NCBI RefSeq assembly: GCF_002105155.1
Contig: NW_019029006.1
Span: 496,001-531,780 of the forward strand
Length of the DNA stretch: 35,780 nucleotides
Origin: Lobosporangium transversale
Lineage: Eukaryota
Direction: 5' to 3'
Shown here: in pieces, positions 10,091 to 21,414 of the stretch
How positions within the stretch are numbered: position 1 is the stretch's first letter
How the letters are laid out: each line of letters starts with the position of its first letter
The notes under the pieces: generated by a model
Told to the model about the DNA's origin: nothing
Seen by the model: the letters and a program-made list of their open reading frames with translations, nothing else
The model's database searches: none
Translations under genes and position numbers: made by a program

Positions 10091-13000
10091 ATGAACACGT
10101 CCAAACATTACGAGCAACAGCAAAAACAGCAAGGAAAAGGGTACAGAGCAAGAGCATTGTCAGCAGCAGCTCTATCTGGTTCTCCTACGCCGTCATCACC
10201 ATCATCCTTTGCTGCTGGAGCTACTGCTACTAATTTGGGTATACCAATGGGAAGACCACTGCCCAGGACACCCGGCCTTCAACAGCACTTGGACCCATCG
10301 ATGCCAAATGGTACTGGATTGGGCATAGGAGCAAGTGGTCTTGGTGCAGCAGGCAGTAGTAACAACATCAGTCCCAATGGTCCGTATATAAATCCCAATG
10401 CCAACAATATAGCTCGATCCTCTAGAGTTAGTGTCAATATCACCCAGTCGTCATCCACATTGTCTACAACTCTCGCCAACAACAACAGTAGTACTACTCA
10501 TATCAGCAGCCATGGAGAGAGTCATGACAATAATAGTAATAGCAATACTAGAGCGGGCCATACCTCATGGATTCAGGGTTTGTCGAAGAGTTCTCTTTCT
10601 CTTCAACAACAAGAACAACAGAGGAGACGTTCACTGGCAGAAGATCCATCTTACCAGGCAGCCTTGACGCGACCGATCTCACCCACTATGATCATGAATT
10701 ATATTCCTCCACCGGCAACAACTAATCCTTCTAAGAATAATAACGCAAATAATACGAAGGCAAATATCGGCAGTGACAATCATCATAACAATAGCAATAC
10801 TAACAACAGTGGCAGCAACGGTAATAATAGCTCGGGAGCTTTGGAACCACTTGCTCATCCCATGCCACAGTCATCCACAACAACAGCAACACCAATAGCA
10901 TCATCCTCATCAAATACCAATATTCATAATCCATCCTTAAGGATTCACAGCGCCACAGCTGCGCTCTCACCTTCATTCAATACTCTTGGACAATCAGCAT
11001 CAAAACCAGTAACTCATCTAGGAGGTCGGAATTATGTCGGTTCAAACATTTCCAACCCCAACGGAGGCACCATAAACCCACAGCCACCGAGCGTATCAGC
11101 CGCTGTTCTGAACTCTGAAGATCCTACCTCCAACTCTTCACGGTTTGCGAGGCGAGGGCCTTTGATGATGAACTATGACAATAGTAGCCATCAAAGTATT
11201 TTTTCTTCGTATAGCGCTAATGGGTCATCATCAATAGATACGGGTGGTAGTGGAGGGGGCGGATTTGGTGCACGTTCAAGACATGAAAGCGCAGTACACA
11301 CTGATCTATTGGAAAGTCCGGCGTCGATCCCCAATCAGTCTCAACCTTACCAACAATCATCCCAGACGCAGATACAGTTTAGTCCAGGAAATCAGAGGGT
11401 GATGATCCAGGGAAATGGATCTTCCACGACAGGGTTCTCACCTGCATCATATGGTACAGGGACTCAACTGCAGGTAAAAAAGAGTACAAGCAAAAAAAGG
11501 GTGTTTCCATGCAATGCATGATGTGCTCAGGTTTAGGTCATACGGGAGAATTCAAGGGGGGCGTGTCCCTTAAACTGATTTATTTATTCAACACTAACAC
11601 TATTTCATTTCAAAAAAAAAAAAAAAAAAAAACTAGATTGCAAAGGAAGGATGGCTGTGGAAACGAGGAAACTTGCTGGTGGGTGTTCGCTGTCGCAATG
11701 TTTTTCTATCCCTCTTCATCTTGTCTATAAACAGGATCAGCAACGTAGGACGACAAGGATCAGGGGATGACAAGAAATATGAAATGCTGATTTCTCTTTC
11801 TCTCTCTCTTTTTTTTTTTTTGTCATTATTACTATTGTTGCTGTTGTTGTTGTTGCTGTTATTATTACTGTTGTTGATATAAACTAGACATGGAAACGAA
11901 TTTACGCCATCGGCAGGTACCGCGGGGATGCACATCCAGGAGTCATGACATTGTTCAAAGACAACGAGGTACATTATTTTGAAGTGTGTAACTTGCATTG
12001 TACAACTCGTTACAGACCATGACGACACCATTGCAAGTTTATGCATTGGAAGTTTATGCGCTGTATAGTTTATTTTTATTTTAATTGACAAACAACTCCG
12101 ATGTATCCTTTTTGGCCGGTTTTTTTATTCATTTTTTTTAGCATCTGTTCCCGACCAAGACCATTGATATGGCGGAATGCTATGAGGTTCAGGTCAAGGG
12201 TCAAGATGCCAAGGCCACAGGCCGATTTGAGTTCAAAGTTGTGAGTCGAAAAGAAGAAACTTGGTTTGCGACTGATACGATGTCTGAACGGACTGCGTGG
12301 ATTGACGCTCTTAATTCCCTCATGGTCGCTAAAGCCGTGGGTGCATCTTTGATGAAATTGGAAGCCAAGCTTAACAATATCCGACATCGCAATAACTCAC
12401 TTGAATATGCTCATATAACTCCTAGCAGCACTAATGTTGCTAGCAACGCGGGTGGCTTTGTAAGTTCCGCTGGAGCTGGAGTTGGAACAGTTGCCGGATC
12501 AATGATCACAGCAGCAACAAACGTAGGATCATCCTCCAATTCCTCTGCCTCTGCAGCATTTGATAGGCCATCGACGCCGTCTTCTAATATGCAGACCGAA
12601 CATCTTTCAGTTGCTCAACAGGATCTAGCGACACGGGAGCAACTTTTAGCTCAACGAGAACAGGAGCTGGAGCGGAAACGGACTGAATCTTTATTGGTAC
12701 AGCTGGAAGCCTGGCGTGCGGCCGCTAAAGTAACTGTCAACCAACATTATGCGGTCCGTGATCAACTATTAGAACGAGTGATGAAGACCGCTAGAACCGT
12801 ACAAGAACTCTTAGAGCGAGCTAGGATTCATTTAGAGACCGGATCAGACCAGATTACCGAGATTGTACAGAGCCATTTAGAATGTCTCCGAGTTCATACA
12901 AGCGAGTCTGCAGTCAATGCTACCTCATGCAAGATGCTCAAGTCAATCCTTGTGGGGCTGACGGTTAATCTAGACACAAGAAGTTCAGAGTTGAAAAGAG

Positions 13001-16000
13001 TGTTGTTGGTCTTGGATCAGTATATCAATACCGCCAAGAGAACATCTTCGTCAAAATCATCTCATCAGATTTCAACAACAACATCTACATCATCGCCTAC
13101 TTCACCGACATTAGCTGGTCTGCCCACTGGCGCAAGCAAAGAACGCCGATTGTCAGTCGGAGGTACATCTCTTCATTCGTCTCCTCTCCCTACGTATCCC
13201 CCATCTACATCGGGCATCACTATGTATTTAATTCAAGTTCGTGATAAATACAGGGAGACACTCGAGGTCCTGCAAGATTATTCCAAGAGACTAAAACAAG
13301 TGCTGGAACGAGCAGATGTAGTTCACTCGTCTCCGGAGAGTGTGCGCAAATTCCGTGATGAGATCCAGGAGGCTCTTAAGGGCCTGACCAAGATGCCATC
13401 ATATGTTTTTACACCATGTCTACCAGATCAACCACTACCAGGCGCAGCAGATACATTCTACAGGGAAGACTTGGTATTACTCCATCAACAAAAGAATAAA
13501 GCGCAGCAGCAGCAACAGCAGAGCAATGAGCGCGAACAAGAGGATTCTGCATCCTTGCCAACAACCGACAGAGATACAACTCAGGATCCAAACAAGGAAA
13601 CCACTGCCGCTACTACTGCCTCAAGATCATCATCATCTGCATCCACATCATCTTCGAACACACATGGCGGAGCACCTGCATTGTCGCTTGCACTCCCACC
13701 ATCCCTTTCCTCTTTTCTACTACTTGACACCACTGCCACTACCACTGCTACCACTACCACTGCTACCACTACTACTGCTACCACTACTACTAATGCTGCT
13801 AGTAGCACCGTCGATGCAGGAGCTACCATCGCAGAAAAGGCATTGGTTCAGACCGAGGCTCAATTAAGTACAGCATCTGCTGCCGAGCTGACCCAAAAGC
13901 TTCGAGATACGATCCTTCCAGAGTTCGAACACCTCTCGATCAAACAGGAAGAGTCTTTACAGTCAATGACCACACTTCTGAATCAAATCTCATCTACTTT
14001 AGTTAATCGCTTGACCGAGATCAAAGATGCGACTGCAGGACAACGCCAAGAGTTTGAGGAGCTGAAGGATGAAATCATTGATGTGATGCAGCTCTCCGCC
14101 ACAGACCCCAGTGGTCACCAACGAGATATTTCAGCGCTATCAGAAATTCGATCCAAGTTGGCAGAGATTACAGATCAGCTGACAAAAGTCCAGGATTACC
14201 AAAATCAACAGAATAATATGATTATGCTTAATGGTGGAGGTATTAGTGGCAGAGGTATGGGTTTCGGACAGCAAGGTTACTTCGCGACTAGTCACCCTCA
14301 TCATGGCCATAGGCGTCTTGTGGGTTCAGGTGTAGCTATGACGGGTAGCAACAACGGCAATAGCGCTACTGCCACAGGACTATCACTCCTACAACGATCT
14401 GCTAGTACGATGGTCCATCCTTCCTTCGGGAGCGCACATCCATTCTACAACACCATCGATGGTGGATCGTCATCAACCCGGCCGCATCTTCAACGAGGCG
14501 GATCGTCCAATTTACATAACCGTCTTCACCAACCTCCTTCTGTGTCGATAACGCCCAAGATCGCAGGGATGACACGACTCTTTGAAGATGGGGAGGATGA
14601 TAGTAATGACAGCAGTAATCTTGACACCAGTAGCGACTTTAATCATCAATCGTCGTCATCATTCAATGGTGGCAACGCCAGATATATGCATGGCGGATAT
14701 GATAGTGATCGCCATCGTCAGAGTCAAGAGTTGATGATCTCGAAGCTGGACCAATTGCTTCTACTGCTTGAGTTCGTCAACACAGCACAATGCCGTATGA
14801 TGGCTTACCAAGACTTGGAGTTTGACAGGCAGCGAGCAAACTTTAGTGGCACTAATATAAATGTGGATGATAATAGAATGATGGCTGTCCAGGAGTATAT
14901 GGAGCAGATGGATCGAAAGATGAACTTACAGATGCATCTGCTGAGACGATTGGCGTCCATTCAAGGCACTGCTGGTACCATGGATGGTACAGACGATGTG
15001 GCCCATTCTGGTGCTCAAGTCCGGGAGATTACGGACGATAACGGCATCGATGATAAAGGAAGGGGTGAGGACGACATGAAGCTTAATAATAGCCACGGCA
15101 TTGAGGAGATGATCAAGACTCTGCCTCCTGAGAACGAACTATCGCTTATAGAAGTGTTGAATCGCTTGGATTTACAAATTATTCCTTCTGTCAAGGATCA
15201 ATCTGGTCGGATCCAGGAGCTCTCAGATCAGCTTACCGAGATGAAAAGACAGTTAGATGAACAACAGCGACGATTGGAGCAACAGCACAATTTTAGTGGG
15301 ACCATTTTCAAACCTCGAGTTCCCACCCCTAATGTGGCTCCTATCTTGAATAGGAGCAAAAGCACAGATCACTCAACAACGCCGCTGATGCTTTCGAGAT
15401 CATCCTCTCAAGCATCCATTCAGCAACAACAACAGCACCAGAAGCATCAACAGGCAGCTTCTTTGGCTTCACCCTTAGATACAGAATCCTCGCCAGCGTC
15501 GTGGAGGGCTTCCTTGCGTCCTAGCAACAGCACCGGAAGTAGCTTTACGCAGTCCCGAGAACGATTATCCTCTTCTCCAACTACCGGAGCTGTTCCTTCT
15601 CCCGCTTCTTCCCTTGACTCGCTTCCATCTTCAACGTCAGCAACTCCTTCAAGCGGTACTAATGAGGACCAGACAAACGTGATCATGACCAAGACTTCGG
15701 ACAGAATCGTAGAGCTATTGGATAGAATGGATGCCAAGATGAGCCAGATGATTGATGATCAACTTCCCCGATATGAGAAAGGAAACAACGAGCTGTTGAC
15801 CAAGGTCTGTGAGCTCTTGGATGACTGTGTTGATAAAGACAGTAAAGAGGACGATAATGCTTTGAGTGAGGATGACAACCAAGGGAACAAAGGCACCAGG
15901 CGTAGAGGAGGACGCTCAGCAGCAGAGGTATCGACATTGGCACAAACTGCTACAGTCGCTGATATTTCCAAAGCAGACCTAATTCCATTGACACAGAAGT

Positions 16001-17934
16001 TGCAAGGGCTTGAAACCATGTTGATGGAGCAGAATGACCATGAAGAATTGCGACAGGTTGGCAACAAGGCACTTTGGAAGGAGATGATGATCATGTTGGA
16101 GGACATTCATCGCCACCACAGAACCGCCACACCATCGTCAACCTCATCCTCACTCGATCGTGCTGGTAATGGTATGGATGGGGATTTGACTCCTCCGGTG
16201 CGCACATCTACTTCAACGCCACAATTGACCACAGGATCCGCTACTGCTCCTCCAGTATTGTTACCTGCTTCTACTGCGGCTACGGAAACGATTATAGATT
16301 CCTTAGAGCGGCTCAAATTCTTGATTCAAGGAGAGGCTGACCGCTCCGAATCATCGCTGAACGAACAGCGGGATGAGATCTTGGAGAAGATGAACCAAGT
16401 CTTATCTTCGATTCAAGAATCGCAAGGCGAGATGGGATCTCGAGATGCGGCTGTCAAAGAAGAACTGCAAGAGATGCGAGAGTGGATTGTGAAACATTCA
16501 AGTATGCAAACTGAAAACTTGCGGGAGATTGTGTTTGCAGCTAGGTCAACAGTCGGTTCTACAATTGCGGATGCGACCGCTTCGGCCGCAGCAGCAACCG
16601 TGAAAGACAGAGATAGGGAGGATGTGCTTTTAGAGGCAGATGTTGTCAATAGTGTTAGAGCTACTGGTATTGAAGGTAGTGAAGGGAGAGGGGGAGGAGG
16701 ATGTAGTAGTAGCGGTAGTGAAGAGGAGTATACTCGAGTCGATATTCTGGATGATCTTGAACAAGAGGAGCGATTGTTGAGTAAACCAACGCATCTTTCT
16801 CGAAGCCGTCTTCAATCTCTACAGCCATCTTATGAGCCCCTTCCTGCTCCTCTCGTCGCTGTGACGGCTGAGGCCACTAAAGAGATCCAAGGGCTCAAAG
16901 AACAACTGGAGATGTTCACGAAGGTCCAAATGGCCACATTTTCAGAACTAGCAGATAATGTTTCAGGTGTAGAGAAGATGATGCGAGACATGTCCAAGGT
17001 GATGGGTATTCGTCGAGGAGGAACTCTGATCAGGAAACGAGAGGCCGAACAAGGACGAGCCATGTTGGCAATGGAAGTCAAAGAAACGATCGAAGAGGTC
17101 ATGGCTAGAATGGGAAGATCCAACTCTTTGGCTAACATATCCAACGCAACTTCTTCATCTTCGTCACCTCCTGTTGGCTCTGGAGGGCCTCAAAAGACAC
17201 CAAGGTCATCCATCGACAGTCAGGATGAAGCCAGTAGTAACAGCAACAACAACAACAACAACAACAACAAAGGCTTCCTCCCCCGTGGCGACAGTGGTTT
17301 GTTTAAATATCTATATCAACCCCGCCGATCTGCAGCCTCTAATACCAACAACGCAGCTACGGATGCGTCTAAATCAACCACGCTGGCCACGTCTCCTTCT
17401 ATGGCGTCCTCACTTCTTGCAGAGGTTACGCCCATGTCGATCAACACTTCCTCAGCTATGCTTGAGGAGCCTTCATCCAGTATTCGTTCTCCAGGTTCCC
17501 CATTGTCACCTATTGGCGGTACTGAGTCCCTGCCATCGTTATCATCATCGTCTGAGATGATGCAAGAGCAGATGGATCTGTTGCACGATCAGATGGAACA
17601 GCTTTACAACCGGAAAGCACGAGTTGAGGTTCAAGTACAAGGTCTGGAGAGCGAAAAACATCAGTTGACAAAAGAAAAAGAAGAATTGATGAAAGAAGTG
17701 GAGATGTTGAGAAAGGAGAAACAAGACCTGTTGATGGCAAATAGTGCACAGTCAGCAACAGCCACAGCTACTACAGCTACTAATGCAGTATCTTCGACAG
17801 CGACAGAACCCTTGACAATGTCTACAAACGCGTTGCTGGAGAAGGCCTTATCAGATCGTGTGGCGATGTTGTTGCAAGAGACGGCACGTTTAGAAATATT
17901 GAAGAAGCAACTTGAGAACCAAGTAAAAAAATAA
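10091..17934 (+). CDS. Large PH-domain and coiled-coil protein, ~2432 aa; join(10091..11473,11637..11678,11888..11968,12142..17934)
   Basis: Three phase-0 GT-AG introns join the 476-aa and 1921-aa ORFs. They rebuild a canonical PH domain: IAKEGWLWKRGNLL|TWKRIYAIGRYRGDAHPGVMTLFKDNE|HLFPTKTIDMAECYEV...FEFKVVSRKEETWFATDTMSERTAWIDALN. The remainder is low-complexity linkers plus heptad-rich helices. Confidence 0.88.
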
Positions 17935-18089
17935 AATAAATAAATAAATAAAAATAGCACATGTACTGATTTTTTTTATTTTTATTTTTTTATTAATAAT
18001 TTCAATATCTATCACTCCTTTTTTTTTTTTACATTTTGATTTTTTTACCCTCCCATCTTGCTTTTCATTGTTTAGTAATCATTCGCTTT

Positions 18090-19225
18090 TTAAACGCTCT
18101 TGGCCTGCTGTTGGATCTTCTGGAGATCCATTTCCAGACCCCAAACATGGGACTTGAGCTCGAGATGTTCAATGTTGAGACCATCATATACCTTCTTGAC
18201 ATCAGCCTTGAGGTCATTCAACTGCTCAATAGTCGCTGTCTTGGCGCGCAGTGTCTTCAACTCAGCCTCAACCGACTCGATCTTCTTGGCATAATCGCGG
18301 ACCTAACAATGAATGAAAAATTTGTATTAAAAAATAGTTAAACAAACAGATAAAGTATATGAATATATTGAAGCGCGGCAAAGTAGCTTTTCTTTTATAC
18401 CTTGTTGGTGGATGCCTGCAAGTCTTCAACGCTGTTCAACAAAAGATTGGAAGCGGTCTGGTACTCCTCCAAGAGATAATAATATCCAACACCACCGGCA
18501 GCTGTAGCACCGAGCAAGAATCCGAGAATACTAACGTGGAAAATTAAAAAAGAAAAAGAAAATAGTGTTGCTATTAGACCATCAAGTTTTGTTGGAGTGA
18601 TTGATTATGGTAAAAAAAAAAAAAAAAAAAGGAAGAAGAGCGCTGTTGCTAAAGTCATCCAGCGGGTTTAGGTTATGTTCTGATCTTCTCCTCTGCTACT
18701 GAGTTATATTCAGCACAACGTTATTATTGCAGTTGCTACTGTGATTATGGCCGTGTCCTTATCCTTATTCTTAATCCTATTCTTATTTTTCGGTCGAGGA
18801 CATAAAGTGTTGGCAATAATTCCGGTTATATCCCCTGTTCCTGGTTCCTGAAAAAAAATAATTTTTGAATCTTATTTTTTTAAGTGCATAATCTGGCGTC
18901 CCATGTTGAAAGACAATGTCGCGTTCCGGTGTATGAGGAAGTGCAGATCCACTTCTGTAGACGTCATCAAACGAAACAGTAAAGAGACGCGTGCGCTCAT
19001 TGCTATTGCGATAGAGAGAGAATGGGAGATAAAAATGACAGAGTCTATTATATAATCTTTTATTATTATTGATTTTTCTCTTTACCCTCCACGGAATCCA
19101 CCAATGGGACGCTTATAAGTGACAACAGGTGTAGATGCAACTTGCTCAACACGAGCAACAGTAGAGCTTGAGAAATAACGGCGCGAGGCCATACGGAGAG
19201 TTGAAGAAGCAGCAACAGCTTGCAT
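18090..19225 (-). CDS. Small probable mitochondrial single-pass membrane protein with coiled-coil tail, 160 aa; complement(join(18090..18302,18401..18530,19086..19225))
   Basis: Phase-consistent GT-AG junctions give MQAVAASSTLRMASRRYFSSSTVARVEQ...KRPIGGFRGGILGFLLGATAAGGVGYYYLLEEYQTASNLLLNSVEDLQASTNKVRDYAKKIESVEAELK...KSV*. The N-terminus is R/S/A-rich and presequence-like, followed by a Gly-rich TM segment. Not in the ORF track. Confidence 0.88.
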
Positions 19226-19459
19226 TATGATACAAAAAGATAAAAGAAAATAGAAAAAAAAAAAAAGAAAAAGAAAAAGAAATAGCTACAAGGAAAGAAC
19301 CGTTCCTAATGAGCTAATGAAATCTGCTGTAGAGGTAATGAAAGGAGAGAGAGGAGAGTAAATAAATGCAAATTGAATAAAATGATAATGCTTTCACTTT
19401 TCAAAAACGGATCGATCAACTTGATCCGGGCAAAAAGGAAACCGTTGTCCCCACTACAA

Positions 19460-19953
19460 CTAGGCTCGTCACCAGCCTGTGTGGCTTATGTGCATTGCAC
19501 TAATGCTCACTGACAGGCTGGGACCAAACTTGAGATTTTAGGGGGGTTTTTTTCGAAATTTTTCTAAGTCGCACGAACCGCAGGGGATTTTTTTTTGTCC
19601 AAGTCGTTTTTGCGCGGGGGAATGGCCTTGCCTAGTGGTGATCGGGTGAATAAATGAGATTGTGAAATGAGAGCAAGAAAAACAGTAGCATGCTTCACAC
19701 GTAGGCTATTTTCCTGTGACCTGTAGGACTTTGCTTGAAAAAAAAAAAAAAAGCTATTCCCTGTGGTGTAAATGACTTAGAAAAAAAAAAAAAAAAGAGC
19801 TTTTCCTGCGGTGTGTTCGACTTAGAGACCTCCAGCCAAAATGTCAAGTTTGGTCCAGCCTGAGAGAGAAATGTCTGCAAGAGCAAGCCACATTTGCCTT
19901 ACAGCACGTGCATGTGCACGTGGATTTCGTCCTCAGGCTGGTGACGAGCCTAG
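19460..19953. mobile_element. MITE-like non-autonomous inverted-repeat element (494 bp)
   Basis: Perfect 20-bp TIR: CTAGGCTCGTCACCAGCCTG (19460-19479) and CAGGCTGGTGACGAGCCTAG (19934-19953). Second inverted pair at 19514-19533 and 19844-19862. Inverted subterminal motifs present; no credible coding region. The outer TA or CTAG could be the target-site duplication. Confidence 0.65.
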
Positions 19954-19994
19954 ATCTGAAGCTCTGTGCAAAGAACTCTGTCTTCACAAAAGCT

Positions 19995-21253
19995 ATGACT
20001 AAAGAAGATTGTATCTTTCAAGGAACCACGAGCGAGAGCTTTGATAGTTTAAAGGGCTTGGGGAAGAGAGGGACTGTAACTGATTCCAGAGATGTCGAAT
20101 TCGACTTGACACTCTTTCCGATTCGAAAAATCTTTACGCTCATATTTATTCACGACAAGGCGCACCATCAGGTCAGCAAGCAGACAACACATAAACATTC
20201 GCACGGATATTTCATTATTATCCATCATTTCATTTCTTCTTTTCCTTTATGTCTAACAAAGTCTACTGATCCTAATAATGTTTTATGTAATATTTATAAT
20301 AAAAGCTTTTGCTCGGTCGGAAGCTACGTGGCGCGCTTTTAGGACAATGGAACGGGTTTGGCGGCAAAGTTGACCAGAATCTAAAAGAGTCCATTTCAGA
20401 ATCTGCGCTCCGGGAACTTAAGGAAGAGGCGTTTATGATTGCGCCCCTGTTCCCTATTGGTTTCATTCAATGGGTTGTATCTCCAGCATCACCATCAACT
20501 TTTTCTGATTCATTATATGAAGCCCATCACAACCAGCATCGAAGGATGCTGACATATCGCGATGTAATGGTCATTTATAAAGCACACTCATTCGAGTTAT
20601 TGTCCTCCAATCTTTCTCCATCATCTATGACAACAATTTCTTCTTCAACAACACCACCCAATAATGGTGGTAATAGTAATACATGTAATAACACTGAGAG
20701 GATCACAGAATTTGAAGCAAGTGACGAGATGGCTCCAGCTTGGTGGGATATCGATGCATTGCCATGGGAGTCAATGCGTATCAACCATCGTGTTTGGTAT
20801 CCATTCATGCTAGCAGATCGGCCTTTTCGAGGTGTGTATTGGTATCAGGTAAAACTATCAGCTCTTGAGGGAGGCATACAGGAGGAAAAGAAGGCAACGA
20901 GCGCACATCGGGAAACTGCACAAGAGATTTGGATTGAGGATCTGACAAAGCGAAGTGTTCAATTTGGGACCGCACCAGTATCTCGAGGGACAGCTCATGC
21001 TTATGGTTTTACGGATGAGGATCAAGGAAAAGAAGCAAAGTCACATAAAGAAAAGGTTTTAGAGGATTATGCAAAGGCTGTGGATGTTTTTGGAGTATGC
21101 TATAACTCGACGTCGACGAAATTAATGTCAAAGGAACAAGAGCTTATACCATCCGAGGCATTTAAGGAACCGACAGCAAATCCAATGATTGATGAAAATT
21201 GGCTACGAGTCGCGATAACAAAGGCAGAATATGAATGGAACAGCCAGACATAG
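19995..21253 (+). CDS. Nudix hydrolase, MTH1/NUDT1-like (oxidised purine nucleoside triphosphatase family), 374 aa; join(19995..20171,20306..21253)
   Basis: Spliced KIFTLIFIHDKAHHQ|LLLGRKLRGALLGQWNGFGGKV...ESISESALRELKEEA matches the MTH1 pattern LYTLVLV...VLLGMKKRG...WNGFGGKV...RELQEE. The SDEMAPAW segment is also conserved. Confidence 0.85.
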
Positions 21254-21414
21254 AGCCGTTGTAAATAAATGAATAAATAAAAAAAACAGATACACTTATT
21301 CAATGGAGAGGAGTATCAAGGGAAATACCAATTTTTTTGTTTTCATTTATTATCTTTCTGCTAATCTAGTAAGTAATATTAAGAGTAAATATATCGCGAT
21401 CATATTTGTTATAT

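Noticed and set aside
12103..12112. GTATCCTTTT resembling a U12-type 5' splice site
   Set aside because: Lies near the 3' end of an ordinary U2 intron and no exon ends there.
19338..19350. ATGAAAGGAGAGA resembling part of U6atac snRNA
   Set aside because: The match does not continue into the following conserved sequence. It is the complement of a CT-rich leader of the minus-strand gene.
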